DNA of 28,824 nucleotides from an uncultured delta proteobacterium. GTDB taxonomy: Bacteria; Desulfobacterota; Desulfomonilia; UBA1062. The DNA is taken from contig CAVVYZ010000003.1 of the NCBI GenBank assembly GCA_963752595.1, positions 1 through 28,824 on the forward strand. The letters run 5' to 3'. A program made the translations under genes and the position numbers. The notes under the pieces were generated by a model. It searched no databases. It saw only the letters and a program-made list of their open reading frames with translations, and had not been told where the DNA came from. Of this stretch, positions 1-10,320 are shown one piece after another (within the stretch, counting starts at the first letter, position 1; every line of letters starts with the position of its first letter).

Positions 1-1958
1 AGATTGCAGTGGCCGAGAGTGAGCGGAGGTTCCGGGATATCGTTGATAACGTATCCGATGTCCTCTTTTTCCCATGACCTGGAAGGCTACCTTAATGTGG
101 ACCAGATCAACAAGGCCGGACGAACCATGTGGGGGATCGGCTCTGATCAGGACGCCAGGATAAATATCAAGGATGTTATCACGCCTCAGTACCGGCATGA
201 GTTTGAAAGATATATCCAGAGGGTTCGCTCCAAGGGAAAGGATGAAGGCTATGTAACCATCCTTGACAGCAAAGGCAGTGAGCGGGTGCTGGAGTACCGG
301 AACTCCCTGGTCTATGAAGGGGGCGAGCCCATCGGCGTGCGTGGCTCTGCCCGGGATATTTCGGACCGCATCCGTGCAGAAACCGCCTTGAAGAGGAGTG
401 GCGAAAAGTACCGGAACATCCTCAAGGAGATCGAAGACGGGTATTATCGAGGTAGATATAGGCGGCACCTTCACCTTTTTCAATGACTCCATGTGTACCC
501 TGCTCGGATATTCCAGAGATGAAATGACGGGCATGAACAATCGTCAGTTCGCGGATAATGAGAACGCGGAACAACATATACAAGACATTCAACAGGGTCT
601 TCAGAACCGGCAAATCAGACAGGGGATTTGTTTGGGAACTCGTAAAAAAAGACGGAGTGAGAATCCATGTGGAGACTCCGTCTCACTGATCCGGGACAAC
701 GAGGGTAATGTGGCCGGCTTCGGGGGATCTGCCGGGATGTCACCAGGAGAGTGCAGGAAGAGGAAGAGCGGAAGAAACTTGAACACCGGCTCCAGCAGGC
801 GAAGAAGATGGAAGCCGTCGGGACATTGGCCGGGGGAGTGGCCCATGATCTCAACAACATCTTGAGCGGTCTCGTGAGCTATCCCGAGCTCATCCTCATG
901 GATCTGCCCGATAATGATCCCTTAAGAAAGCCAATTTCCACTATCCGGCAATCCGGAGAAAAGGCAGCTGCGATTGTCCAGGATCTCCTGACATTAGCCC
1001 GAGGGGGGTATCTACTACCGAGGTGATAAGCCCATACTCCATCATCTCGGAGTAGTCGGGATAACCCGAACTCATTAAACTCAAAGCCGACTATCCAGGT
1101 GTACGGATTGATGTGCACTGCGAACCTGACCTGCTTCCCATCCTCAGGGGTCTCCCCTTCCATCTCGGTAAAACCATCACGAACCTGGTCACTAATGCTG
1201 CAGAAGCCATCTATGACGAAGGCTCAATCATCATTACGGCGCCGAAAATGTTGTTATCTGGACGACCTCCCCAGGGGATATGACAAGGTGAAAGAGGGAG
1301 GAAGTCTTGCGATCACGATCTCGGACACCGGGGTAGGCTGCGTATGCAACCGAAGGTCGGAGAGGATATTCGAGCCCTTCTATACCAAGAAGGTTATGGG
1401 CAGGAGCGGAACCGGGCTCGGAATGACCGTGGTATGGGGAACCGTTCAGGATCATCACGGATACATCGAGATCGGGAGCAGAGAAGTGGAAGGCACTGTG
1501 CTCACCCTCTATCTCCCTGTCACCAGGGCCGCAATAAAAAGCTCGGCCCGACCAGGGATATTAAGATTTTATAGGCCGGGCGACACCATTATCGTGGTTG
1601 ACGATGTCGACCTCCAGAGAGATATAGCGACGAGAATCCTCACCCGGCTCGGGTACAGCGTCCTCTCGTTCACAAGCGGGGAGGAGGCTGTCGAGTATAT
1701 GAAGGATCGTTCCGCAGACCTCATGGTCCTCGATATGATCATGGACCCGGGCATTGACGGCCTGGAAACCTACCGGAAGGTCCTGGAATACCATCCAGGC
1801 CAGAAAGTGATCATTGCAAGCGGATACTCCGAGACAATGCAGGTGAGGGAATTGCAGAAGCTCAAGCCAACGCGTACATAAAGAAACCCTACCTTATCGA
1901 GACGCTCGGCCTGGCCATACGGACCGAGATGGACAAGCGTAACGCCGGCGCATTCTGA
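1..1958 (+). CDS. PAS-domain hybrid sensor histidine kinase/response regulator (5'-partial, several frameshifts)
   Basis: Pieces in ORFs 4..486, 398..865, 751..1026, 1099..1881: PAS/PAC segments (GVRGSARDISDR; FTFFNDSMCTLLGYSRDEM), H-box GTLAGGVAHDLNNIL, ATPase SDTGVG / IFEPFYTKK..GTGLGM, receiver IIVVDD..LMVLDMIMDPGIDG. The shifted tail YIKKPYLIETLGLAIRTEMDKRNAGAF ends at TGA 1956-1958. Confidence 0.88.
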
Positions 1959-2142
1959 TCGCTGCCCTGACCGGAATCAGGCCCTCCCCGAAGAGGGTTG
2001 CATCGAAAAAGTCGATCAGGGGATTCCCCGGGAAAGATTGAACCTGCAGATACCTATGATAATCACAAGGAATATTACCCGTGAGGAGCCAGGCTTCAAC
2101 ATCTCACGACATACGATAAAACTATCATCATGAAAGGGAGGA

Positions 2143-3661
2143 ATGTGTATGGGCAGCTACCAGGAATCTTCAATGGCGTCAATCTTTCCGAATAGAGTCA
2201 GGGAGTTGGGTAACAAGGCCTGCGTTGCCTATAAAAATGCCCAGGGGGCTTATGTTGATAATGCATGGAATTCCATGAACGAGATGGTGAGGAATAGGCA
2301 TAATATCTCATCTCCAAGGGGATAAAGCCCGGTGAAAAGGTTGCTCTTTTTCTCCAAACCGGTACAAATGGTGGGTTGCGGACCTTGCGATACTTTCGGT
2401 AGGAGCGGTAAATGTCCCGGTTTATGCCACCAATTCTGCCCTGGAAACCAGATATATCATCGATAACTCCGACTCCGTCATGTGCTTCGTGGGAGGAAAG
2501 GACAACCGGGACAAGGTGCTCAAGGTCAAAGACACTGCTCCCCGGTTTAAGGGAGATCGTCATATTCGATGATTTCAAAGAAGCCCCCGGGCAAAGCCAT
2601 AGACCTGAAAACAGCGATGGCTGAAGGAAGCAAGGCGGCGCAGGAAAGAGGAATTCGAAAAAGGATCAGCGGCATCCGGCCTGCAGACCTGGCGACCATC
2701 ATCTCGACCTCCGGCACGACCGGCGACCCGAAAGGCGTGATGCTTTCACACAACAATTTCATTTCCAACGTCAACCAGATCTACTCGGTAGATCCCGAAC
2801 TCTTCAAGGAAGAACACTCCCTCATGTCATTCCTGTCTCTGTCCCATTCGTTCGAGCGGACCGTCGGGTACTACTCGGCCCTCAATGCAGGAAAGACGAT
2901 GGTGTTTGCACAGGATCTCTCGAAAATACTCCAGAATCTCCAGGAGGTAAAACCGACTCCGATCGTCAGCATGCCTAGGCTCTACGAGAAGATCCATGCA
3001 GGTATTCTTGCCAAGGTTTCCGATGCGCCGCCTCTCAGGAAGGCCATCTTCACCTGGGCCATGTCAGTTGCCGGGAAGAACCTTCCCTATACCATCAATG
3101 ATGTTGCCCAGAACGGGCCTTCTTTGCCCTCCAGTATGCCATTGCCGATAAAATCGTATTCTCCAAGCTTAAATCGGCGCTGGGCTTGGACGGCTGCGTT
3201 TCGCCCTCTCGGAAGGGGGGCCGCTGTCCGTTTCCGATGCAGAGTTCTTCCTCTGCATGGGCATCAAGATCGGCGATGGCGGAGAGGTTCTCATCAAGGG
3301 ACCCCGGGTCATGATGGGCTACTACAAGAACGAGGCTGCCACGAAAGAGGTCTTTACCGATGACGGGTTCTTCAGGACAGGCGATATCGGCGAGATCGAC
3401 AGTGATGGGTACCTCAAGATCACCTGCAGGATCAAGGAGCTCATTGAACGCGCCGAGGTGCAAAATCTTTTTGCGGCAGAGATTGCCGAAAGCACCAGGC
3501 ATTTTGCACGCGTGGAGCAGATCCGTAAGTTCAGGCTCCTCGACTGCGAATGGTCCCAGGAGACCGACGAACTTACGCCAACGCTCAAGATCAAGCGCAG
3601 GGTCATCAATGCCAAGTATGCAAAAGAGATCGAGAGCATATATTCCAGGGAGAAGGAGTAA
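2143..3661 (+). pseudogene. Long-chain fatty-acid-CoA ligase (AMP-dependent synthetase), frameshifted and apparently with two internal deletions
   Basis: AMP-binding motif IISTSGTTGDPKGVMLSHNNF, LSLSHSFER, PRLYEK, GEVLIKGPRVMMGYYKN, GFFRTGDIG, C-terminal ELTPTLKIKRRVI. The GYGxTE motif and the segment after GRxK are missing. RBS GGAGG precedes the start. Confidence 0.8.
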
Positions 3662-3759
3662 GATTAAATAAAAAAGAAAAAAATACGAAAGAGACAAATA
3701 AAGGAACTAAAAGCATTGGATACTGCTCTCATGCATAATAGAGCCTTTAGGGATGACAG

Positions 3760-4667
3760 ATGAGCAATCCGCAGCCTTCGATCCTCGTCGTAGACGATGA
3801 GTTGCTGAATATCAAACTCATTGTCCAGATCCTCCAGAAGGAGGATTATAAAATTTCTGTGGCCATGAACGGCGAAGAGGCATGGGATCTCCTGCAGAAG
3901 TCGCCCCTTGCATTCGATGCAGTGCTTCTCGACAGAATGATGCCGGATATCGACGGGCTCGAAGTCCTCAGACGCATGAAGGAACACGACGAGCTGAAAA
4001 GCATCCCTGTCATTTTTCAGACCGCCATGACCCAGGAGGATGAGATCCTCGAAGGCATACAGGCAGGTGCTTATTACTACCTCACCAAGCCCTACCGGAA
4101 AGAGCGGCTTCTCGCCGTAGTAAAAACCGCAGTAGCAGACCACATCCAGCACAAGACCCTCCAGGAAGAAGCCCATCACACGGTCGATGCCCTCAATCTC
4201 CTGGTAAAGGGAGATTTCACGATCCAGCGCCTCGATGAAGTCGACAACCTCGCAACACTCCTTGCCAAAATGTGCCCCGAGCCGGACAAAGTCGTTCTCG
4301 GGCTGTGGGAGCTCCTTATCAATGCAGTCGAGCACGGGAATCTCGGCATCACCTATGAGGAAAAGTCCGAGCTCCTGCAACTAAATATCTGGCGTGAGGA
4401 GATCGACCGCAGGACGAGGATGCCGAATACTCTGGCAAGAAGGTGCTGATCCATTTCGAGAAAACACCTGAAGAGATAATCTTCCTCATTGAAGACATGG
4501 GTCCAGGTTTTGACTGGAAGCCCTTCCTTGAATTCAGCCCCGACCGCGTCTTCGACTCCCACGGCAGAGGCATTGCGATTGCAGGAAATTACAGCTTCCT
4601 GCGCATCGAGTATCTCGGCAACGGGAATAAGGTCAGGGCCGTGATCAAACCCTCCACCGATGCGTGA
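3760..4667 (+). CDS. Response regulator: REC plus RsbW-like HATPase_c domain (one frameshift near 4424)
   Basis: ILVVDDE, VLLDRMMPDIDG, YLTKPY; N-box ELLINAVEHGN; ORF 4443..4667 gives IEDMGPGFD and HGRGIAI. Adding one base near 4424 joins them (MPEYSGKKVLIHFEK), about 302 aa. Confidence 0.85.
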
Positions 4668-4726
4668 GGATCGTCGGATTCATCATAGGGGCTCTTTAAA
4701 AATCGCACAGCCATTCCGTCATCTTC

Positions 4727-6379
4727 TTACATCCCTGCCTTGAGCGTACTTTTCAGGACGTAGTCGTATGCGGAAAGTGCTGCCTTAGCACCAGCCCCTG
4801 CAGCGACCACGATCTGTTTTTGCGGTTCATCGGTGACATCGCCTGCTGCGAAGAAACCCGGGACGGTCGTGGATTGATCGCGCTGTACAGGTATCTCCCC
4901 CTGCCCGTTGAGCTCTATCAAACCCTTGACGGCATCCGTATTGGACGCAAGACCTATTTCGAGGAAAACGCCCTGCACCAGAAGGTCAAAACGGATCTTG
5001 CCGTCATTGGACTCGATGCGGATCCCCTGAAGCTTGTCCTGCCCGAGGAATTCTTTTACCTGCATGCCCGGATGGAGCTGCACATTGCGGGCATTCGATA
5101 CTTCATTGATCAGGGGTGGATCTGCCTGGAAGTCATTGAGGATATTGATGATATGGATCTCTTTTGCCATGGCGATGAGATCCCTTGCCGCGGTAAAGGC
5201 CGAGTTCCCTCCCCCTACGACGGCAACCGATTTACCCCGGTAGAGCGGGGCGTCGCAGGTGGCACAGAAGGCAATGCCCTTGCCGATAAACCGGTTCTCG
5301 CCCGGGACACCCAGCTTCCGATAATGCTTCCCGGCACAGAAAATCACGCTGCGTGCTTTGAATGTTTTCCCGTCAGAGGTCTTGAGAAGGAAAAGATCGT
5401 TTCCCTTTTCAATGGTTTTTACACTCACATCAAACCCCTCTGCGACCGAATAGCGCTCGACATGATCTCTGAAGAGCTCGGAGAGGTCCTTACCGCTTAT
5501 GCTCGGCGTCCCCAGCCAGTTCTCAATGCTCGCGGTATCCGTGACCTGTCCGCCGACATGCTCCCCGATGAGAGCTATATTCAGGTCTTTCCGCGATGCA
5601 TATACGGCAGCCGACATGGCGGCAGGTCCTGCGCCTACGATGATTACCTGGTATGTCTCCCGTGGATCGGCCTCCGATGCAACCATCTCCCCCCGTGACT
5701 TGCGCATTTCAGCATCGATCCGGTCGTATACTTTGGGCTTGACGATTTTAAGTACTTCCATGACTGCATCCACGGGCGGAAGAGCGCCTTCGAACGCAGC
5801 AAGCTCATTGATGACCGTGCGGGGAACCCCCTGTACCGAGTACCTCTGGACGAGCTGGGGGAACTCGGCGGCATCGACCATGTCTGCGCCGATGTATTCA
5901 TTGGCCATGGCCATCTGGTGGGCGATATGCACCATGTGGGGGCAGTAGGGGCAGGTGAGAGTAATCATGACCTCCAGGTGTACGGGAACATCGATGAGCA
6001 TCAGGAGGTCTTCGAGTTCGCGGCTCAAACCCGAAGTGCCTCGCGATACCATGAGTATGGCCTCGATCAGAGAGCTGAACTCATAGCCTGCAGTAATGCC
6101 GTAAAAGCGGATCCCGTAGTCCTTTTCACCGATAACGGCAGTGGCGGGGACCTTGTTTATGCCATACCGGTGCGCTATCTGAACGTCTTTTACGAGGTCG
6201 TGTATTTCCAAAGTAATTTTATCGGATATCCCGGCTACGCTCTTCAGGAGCTCATCCTGCCTCTGGCACGCATCACAGGCAACCTCCTGGGTGAAGAAGA
6301 CAAGCTTGACCGGGTTCTTCAACCCGGCAAAGATAGCGGTTATATCCTTTCTCAATTTGTCATTGATCAGTTCTGCCAT
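4727..6379 (-). CDS. Protein-disulfide oxidoreductase (glutaredoxin-like) fused to thioredoxin reductase; AhpF-like flavoprotein
   Basis: N-terminal double thioredoxin fold with CDAC and CPYC and GIRFYGITAGYEFSSLI; FAD motif IIVGAGPAA; redox CATCD; NAD(P)H motif VVGGGNSA; FAAGDVT. Confidence 0.9.
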   Translation of the reverse strand: MAELINDKLRKDITAIFAGLKNPVKLVFFTQEVACDACQRQDELLKSVAGISDKITLEIHDLVKDVQIAHRYGINKVPATAVIGEKDYGIRFYGITAGYEFSSLIEAILMVSRGTSGLSRELEDLLMLIDVPVHLEVMITLTCPYCPHMVHIAHQMAMANEYIGADMVDAAEFPQLVQRYSVQGVPRTVINELAAFEGALPPVDAVMEVLKIVKPKVYDRIDAEMRKSRGEMVASEADPRETYQVIIVGAGPAAMSAAVYASRKDLNIALIGEHVGGQVTDTASIENWLGTPSISGKDLSELFRDHVERYSVAEGFDVSVKTIEKGNDLFLLKTSDGKTFKARSVIFCAGKHYRKLGVPGENRFIGKGIAFCATCDAPLYRGKSVAVVGGGNSAFTAARDLIAMAKEIHIINILNDFQADPPLINEVSNARNVQLHPGMQVKEFLGQDKLQGIRIESNDGKIRFDLLVQGVFLEIGLASNTDAVKGLIELNGQGEIPVQRDQSTTVPGFFAAGDVTDEPQKQIVVAAGAGAKAALSAYDYVLKSTLKAGM

Positions 6380-6414
6380 ATAGATCTTCCCCCCTTACAG
6401 CTCGGCATGAAAAG

Positions 6415-6429
6415 GCAGGCTTTTTGCCA
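6415..6429 (-). promoter_or_regulatory. Possible sigma-54 promoter of the AhpF-like gene
   Basis: Minus strand TGGCAAAAAGCCTGC has GG-N10-GC spacing, about 35 bp upstream of ATG 6379 and upstream of a G-rich RBS. Imperfect match to TGGCAC-N5-TTGC. Confidence 0.25.
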
Positions 6430-6666
6430 TTCCATCACCTGTCTTGGAAGGTACGCCCTTTACATTCTTTGCCTTGCCCTCTTCATTACATAGTAATGTC
6501 ATCTTGGCGTTTGCCTACTCTTTAATAAAGACTGTCTGCCTGACATCGAGGAAGGCCATACGGTTGTAAAGCTGATGCTAGCAAGGCATTGCGGAATATA
6601 TGGATTAACTTTGTTCAGGCATGAAGCCAAGGCCCATTATTCAGGGCATGCCTCCCCAATGCCCAT

Positions 6667-7794
6667 TCAGGAGAGAATGGATATGCCGAGCTTCTCCTGC
6701 TTGATCCTGGAGACATTGCCGGCAATGCGCATCGAAGAGGTCAGGTCATTGGCCAGGGAGGCAAAACCTTTGTTAAAAGTTACCCCTGTTTTAACGATGA
6801 TGTCGTTCAAGCCTGCCTGTATCCCCTGCGCAACCCGACGCATGAAGATCACGAGGGAAACGAGGCCCGGGTGGTCGATGCCGCTCGAGTCCAGCTTGGC
6901 GGCTGCCTCTCGTGCAAGGATCTCAAGGGAATCCGCCGAAGAAACGACTTCACCGAGGCTGGAAGCGATGTCTTTGCCCGGCTGTATTCCCTGCTCTTTC
7001 AAAGAGGACGCCAGCAGGGTGATCTGAGCCCGTATTCCTCCCACGAGCAGACCCATCACCATGACATCCTCAATCTGCCTGAAGGGGAGCGCCATATCGG
7101 TATAGGCATAACCTAAACGTCCAAGAATCCGGCCCCGATCGACCTCGCACCCGTCCAGGATGATCCCGCCGTGGGGGCACGGCCTGAGGAATCCGAGATC
7201 CAGAGGACCGGTCTTCTTGAGCCCGGGAGTCTCCGCATCGACGATGAACGCGGTATAGCTCTTCCTCTGCCCTTTCTCAGCGGTTATGGCAAGTACGACG
7301 AACAGGTCGGCAATGGGGCCGTTGGTGAGGTATGCCTTCTCTCCGGAGAGAAGGTAGGCGCTACCGTGCTCCCGGGCAACGGTTGCCAGGCGTTTGGGAT
7401 GACCGCCCACCCCGGGTTCGGAGATGGCCAGACAGGGAATCTTCGCCCCTGCCGCAATCCCAGGCAGAAAGTTGTTCTTCTGCATGTCCGACCCGAAGCC
7501 GAAGAAAAGGAACCGGGCGATGAGGGTATGCATGAGCCAAGAGAGACCGCATCCGAGGTTGCGGCCGTTTTCCACAAGGGCCTGGCCGGCGACGCTCATA
7601 TGCAGCCACCCTCCCCCCATTCCGCCATGTGCGACAGGGATGCCGATCCCGTACAGGCCTTCTTTTGCCATGGCCTGCTGCACATCGGGGGGCAGCGACA
7701 GCCGGTCGTAAAGATCGGCATGCGGGGCAATATGCTGCCCGGCAAACGTGGAGGCCGTTTCTTTCAGAGCGAGCAATTGCTCATCGGCCATCAT
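6667..7794 (-). CDS. Acyl-CoA dehydrogenase family protein
   Basis: GLYGIGIPVAHGGMG, FGSDMQKNNFLPGIAAG..CLAISEPGVG, LSGEKAYLTNGPIAD, TAFIVDAETPGL. Start placed at ATG 7794 after GGGGAG. Confidence 0.85.
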   Translation of the reverse strand: MMADEQLLALKETASTFAGQHIAPHADLYDRLSLPPDVQQAMAKEGLYGIGIPVAHGGMGGGWLHMSVAGQALVENGRNLGCGLSWLMHTLIARFLFFGFGSDMQKNNFLPGIAAGAKIPCLAISEPGVGGHPKRLATVAREHGSAYLLSGEKAYLTNGPIADLFVVLAITAEKGQRKSYTAFIVDAETPGLKKTGPLDLGFLRPCPHGGIILDGCEVDRGRILGRLGYAYTDMALPFRQIEDVMVMGLLVGGIRAQITLLASSLKEQGIQPGKDIASSLGEVVSSADSLEILAREAAAKLDSSGIDHPGLVSLVIFMRRVAQGIQAGLNDIIVKTGVTFNKGFASLANDLTSSMRIAGNVSRIKQEKLGISILS

Positions 7795-7813
7795 GGCAAA
7801 AAAGTCTCCCCCA

Positions 7814-9196
7814 TTAGAGAATAAGCTCCTCGACAAAGTCCACAAGCTGATTCAGGTTTCTGCACTCCCGGAGCTCATGACAGTGGGTTTTATATGCGAA
7901 CATCTCACTGTCGCCTGTGTTCCACGAACTCTCGGGCTCGGGATTGAGCCAGATCAGCCTCCGGCACTTTTCCCTCATCTCTTCGAGGATCCGGTCCTCG
8001 GGATGGAAATAGTTGGACCTTGCATCCCCGATAATGATGAGCGTGGTCTTTTTGTTGAGGGTTTCCATGTGATTTTTCTTAAACTGCCGTAAGGTCTCGC
8101 CGTAGTCGGTCTGGGCCAGGTAATCGATGTCCACCTCTTTGAGCACCTTCTCGATGGCGTGGTTGATCTCCTCTTCCTCGAGGATCTTGGTCACTTCTGC
8201 CACGCCGGCAACGAAAACGAAGCTGTTGACCTTGGTGAAACACTCCTGGAGGGAGTAGAGGATGTTGAGCATGAAGCGCGCAGCAGCCCACACGGACGAA
8301 GAGATATCCACCAGGGTGACGATCTTGCCCTTTCTCGGAGGCCGTTTGCGGAACATGATCTCCATGGGCACGCCGTTGTACCGGTTCGCCTTTCTCAAGG
8401 TTTTCTTCACATCCAGAAACCCGTGCTTGTTCGATGCATAGCGCCGGGAAATGATGTCCTTGAGCTTTCTTACGAGCCTCTCGATGATCTCCCTCACCTG
8501 CTCGATCTCTTTGGGCGTCAGCGAGGTAAAAGGCCTGTCGCCCAGCTGGCGCAGGTACTGCTCGTGGGTACGCACCTGCCTGATCCCCTCGTTGTTGGGC
8601 CTTTGCTCCCTCAGGAGCATCTCATAAGCCCTGTCGAGCTGGCCGTCAAATCGCCTCGCAAGGGTGTGCCTTGTCTCTGCTGCAAAGTGAAAGGGGTTCT
8701 CCTCAAGGGTCCTTTCGACGCGGCTCTTGACGTCGTTGAGCTGAACCATGACCAGCAGCCTGCTCGCAACAGGGCCTAAATTGAACTTCCTCCCCTGGCC
8801 CACATCGACTTCTTCGGTCTGGAGCCTGCGGATCATCTCCAGAAAGCCCATGGGATCACCCGAGAGGAAATCGAGGATCGCCTGGTGGTTCGGGCTGCCG
8901 CTCACCTGCTGCTGGAGCCGGCCGAGCACGTCATCCATCTTCTCGATAATGGAATCCGTATCGTCAAGGTCGATATCCTGCCGCATCTCATGAAAATAGA
9001 GGTGGTAGAGACGGTCGAACTGGGCCTGCTCCCGCCTGCTTTTGGCGAAATTCGCCCGCAGCACGGACCGGAATTCATCCTCCTTGAGCATGTCGACAAG
9101 CTGGAGCTGCGAGATGCAGTCGATCACCTCCGAGGTGGAGACGCGGTACCCCGCTGTCCTGCAGCATGCCGTGAATTTCAGGATGGCATTCACCAT
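7814..9196 (-). CDS. VWA-domain CoxE-like protein
   Basis: LDVKKTLRKA, MIDAS-like LVDISSSV, TDYGETL, LIIIGDARSNY, IWLNPEPESSWNTGDSEM; directly downstream of a MoxR ATPase. Confidence 0.88.
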   Translation of the reverse strand: MVNAILKFTACCRTAGYRVSTSEVIDCISQLQLVDMLKEDEFRSVLRANFAKSRREQAQFDRLYHLYFHEMRQDIDLDDTDSIIEKMDDVLGRLQQQVSGSPNHQAILDFLSGDPMGFLEMIRRLQTEEVDVGQGRKFNLGPVASRLLVMVQLNDVKSRVERTLEENPFHFAAETRHTLARRFDGQLDRAYEMLLREQRPNNEGIRQVRTHEQYLRQLGDRPFTSLTPKEIEQVREIIERLVRKLKDIISRRYASNKHGFLDVKKTLRKANRYNGVPMEIMFRKRPPRKGKIVTLVDISSSVWAAARFMLNILYSLQECFTKVNSFVFVAGVAEVTKILEEEEINHAIEKVLKEVDIDYLAQTDYGETLRQFKKNHMETLNKKTTLIIIGDARSNYFHPEDRILEEMREKCRRLIWLNPEPESSWNTGDSEMFAYKTHCHELRECRNLNQLVDFVEELIL

Positions 9197-9205
9197 ATCG
9201 TTCTT

Positions 9206-10120
9206 TTATACCTGGGGCAGGATTTTTGCCGCGTTCGCCTTGACCATCTCGGAATCGGCCTTGTACTTGCAGATCACGTTCAGGGTGTCCAGGAGAACCT
9301 CGGGATTCAGCTCATCCACGGAAAGGGCAATGAGAGAGCGGGCCCAATCAATGGTCTCCGAGATGCACGGCCTCTTCTTCAGATCGAGGTCCCGGATAGA
9401 ACGGATTGCATCCACGAGCTTTCCCGCAAGGCCGACTTCGATGTCCGGCACTTTGAGCCTGACGATTCCTAGCTCCAGGTCGCGCTTGGGATAATCGATA
9501 TAGATGTGGATGCAGCGCCGCTTCAGTGCATCGCTCATGTCCCGGTAATTATTCGAAGTGAGGACCACGAAAGGGATATTCTTGGCCGTCATTGTGCCGA
9601 TCTCGGGGATGGATACCTGAAAATCACTCAGGAGCTCCAAAAGAAATGCCTCAAATTCGGGGTCGGCTTTGTCCACCTCATCGATGAGGAGCACGACCGT
9701 ATCGTCGGAGCTGATCGCCTGGAGCAGCGGTCTAGGCTGGATGAAGCGCTCCGAGAAAAAGGCATCCTCCTGGGATGCGATCTTTTCGACCGCATCACCA
9801 AGTGTAGTCGCGCCCGAAATCACATCACCGATCTTTTCCTTGACCATCTGGGTATAGAGCAGCTGCTTTGCGTATTCCCATTCATAAAGCGCCTTTGACT
9901 CGTCAAGCCCCTCATAGCACTGGAGCCGGATGAGCTTTAAACCCAATGCCCTCGACATTGCCTTGGCCAGTTCGGTCTTGCCGACACCTGCCGGCCCTTC
10001 AACCAGGATCGGCTTCTTCGTCACGGACGCGAGGAATACCACGGTGGCTACTTCCCGGGAGGTGACGTATCCGGCCTTTTCGAGCTTATCCTGTACATCA
10101 GCGACATCATTGAATCTCAT
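9206..10120 (-). CDS. MoxR-family AAA+ ATPase (CoxD-like)
   Basis: Walker A EGPAGVGKT, RLQCYEGLDESKALYEW, Walker B LLIDEVDKAD, LTSN, DALKRRC. Start at ATG 10120 after GAGGGTG. Confidence 0.92.
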   Translation of the reverse strand: MRFNDVADVQDKLEKAGYVTSREVATVVFLASVTKKPILVEGPAGVGKTELAKAMSRALGLKLIRLQCYEGLDESKALYEWEYAKQLLYTQMVKEKIGDVISGATTLGDAVEKIASQEDAFFSERFIQPRPLLQAISSDDTVVLLIDEVDKADPEFEAFLLELLSDFQVSIPEIGTMTAKNIPFVVLTSNNYRDMSDALKRRCIHIYIDYPKRDLELGIVRLKVPDIEVGLAGKLVDAIRSIRDLDLKKRPCISETIDWARSLIALSVDELNPEVLLDTLNVICKYKADSEMVKANAAKILPQV

Positions 10121-10320
10121 GGTGAGCACCCTCTTCAATAAAAAATATTGTAGTATATTCTAGCACAAATTTGAGCACGAGCATAGGAACATGCCGTGGA
10201 CTGTGTAATATAGCGTGTAAATGGAATTTCCTGCTGTTTAATTCTCAATAATAGCATACGAAATTCCGATATCAATCATTGAATCATGATCCACGGTTTC
10301 TCTCGGAAGGAGGCAGTTCC

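Noticed and set aside
3660-3715. A-rich tract after the ligase gene as a functional element
   Set aside because: Low-complexity intergenic sequence with no repeat unit or stem; at most an UP-like element, which cannot be supported from sequence alone.
4820-6493. Long plus-strand ORFs (4820..5698, 5918..6493) and similar antisense ORFs such as 11921..12808, 13084..13806 and 3664..4380
   Set aside because: Shadow frames opposite well-supported genes, with no recognisable motifs.
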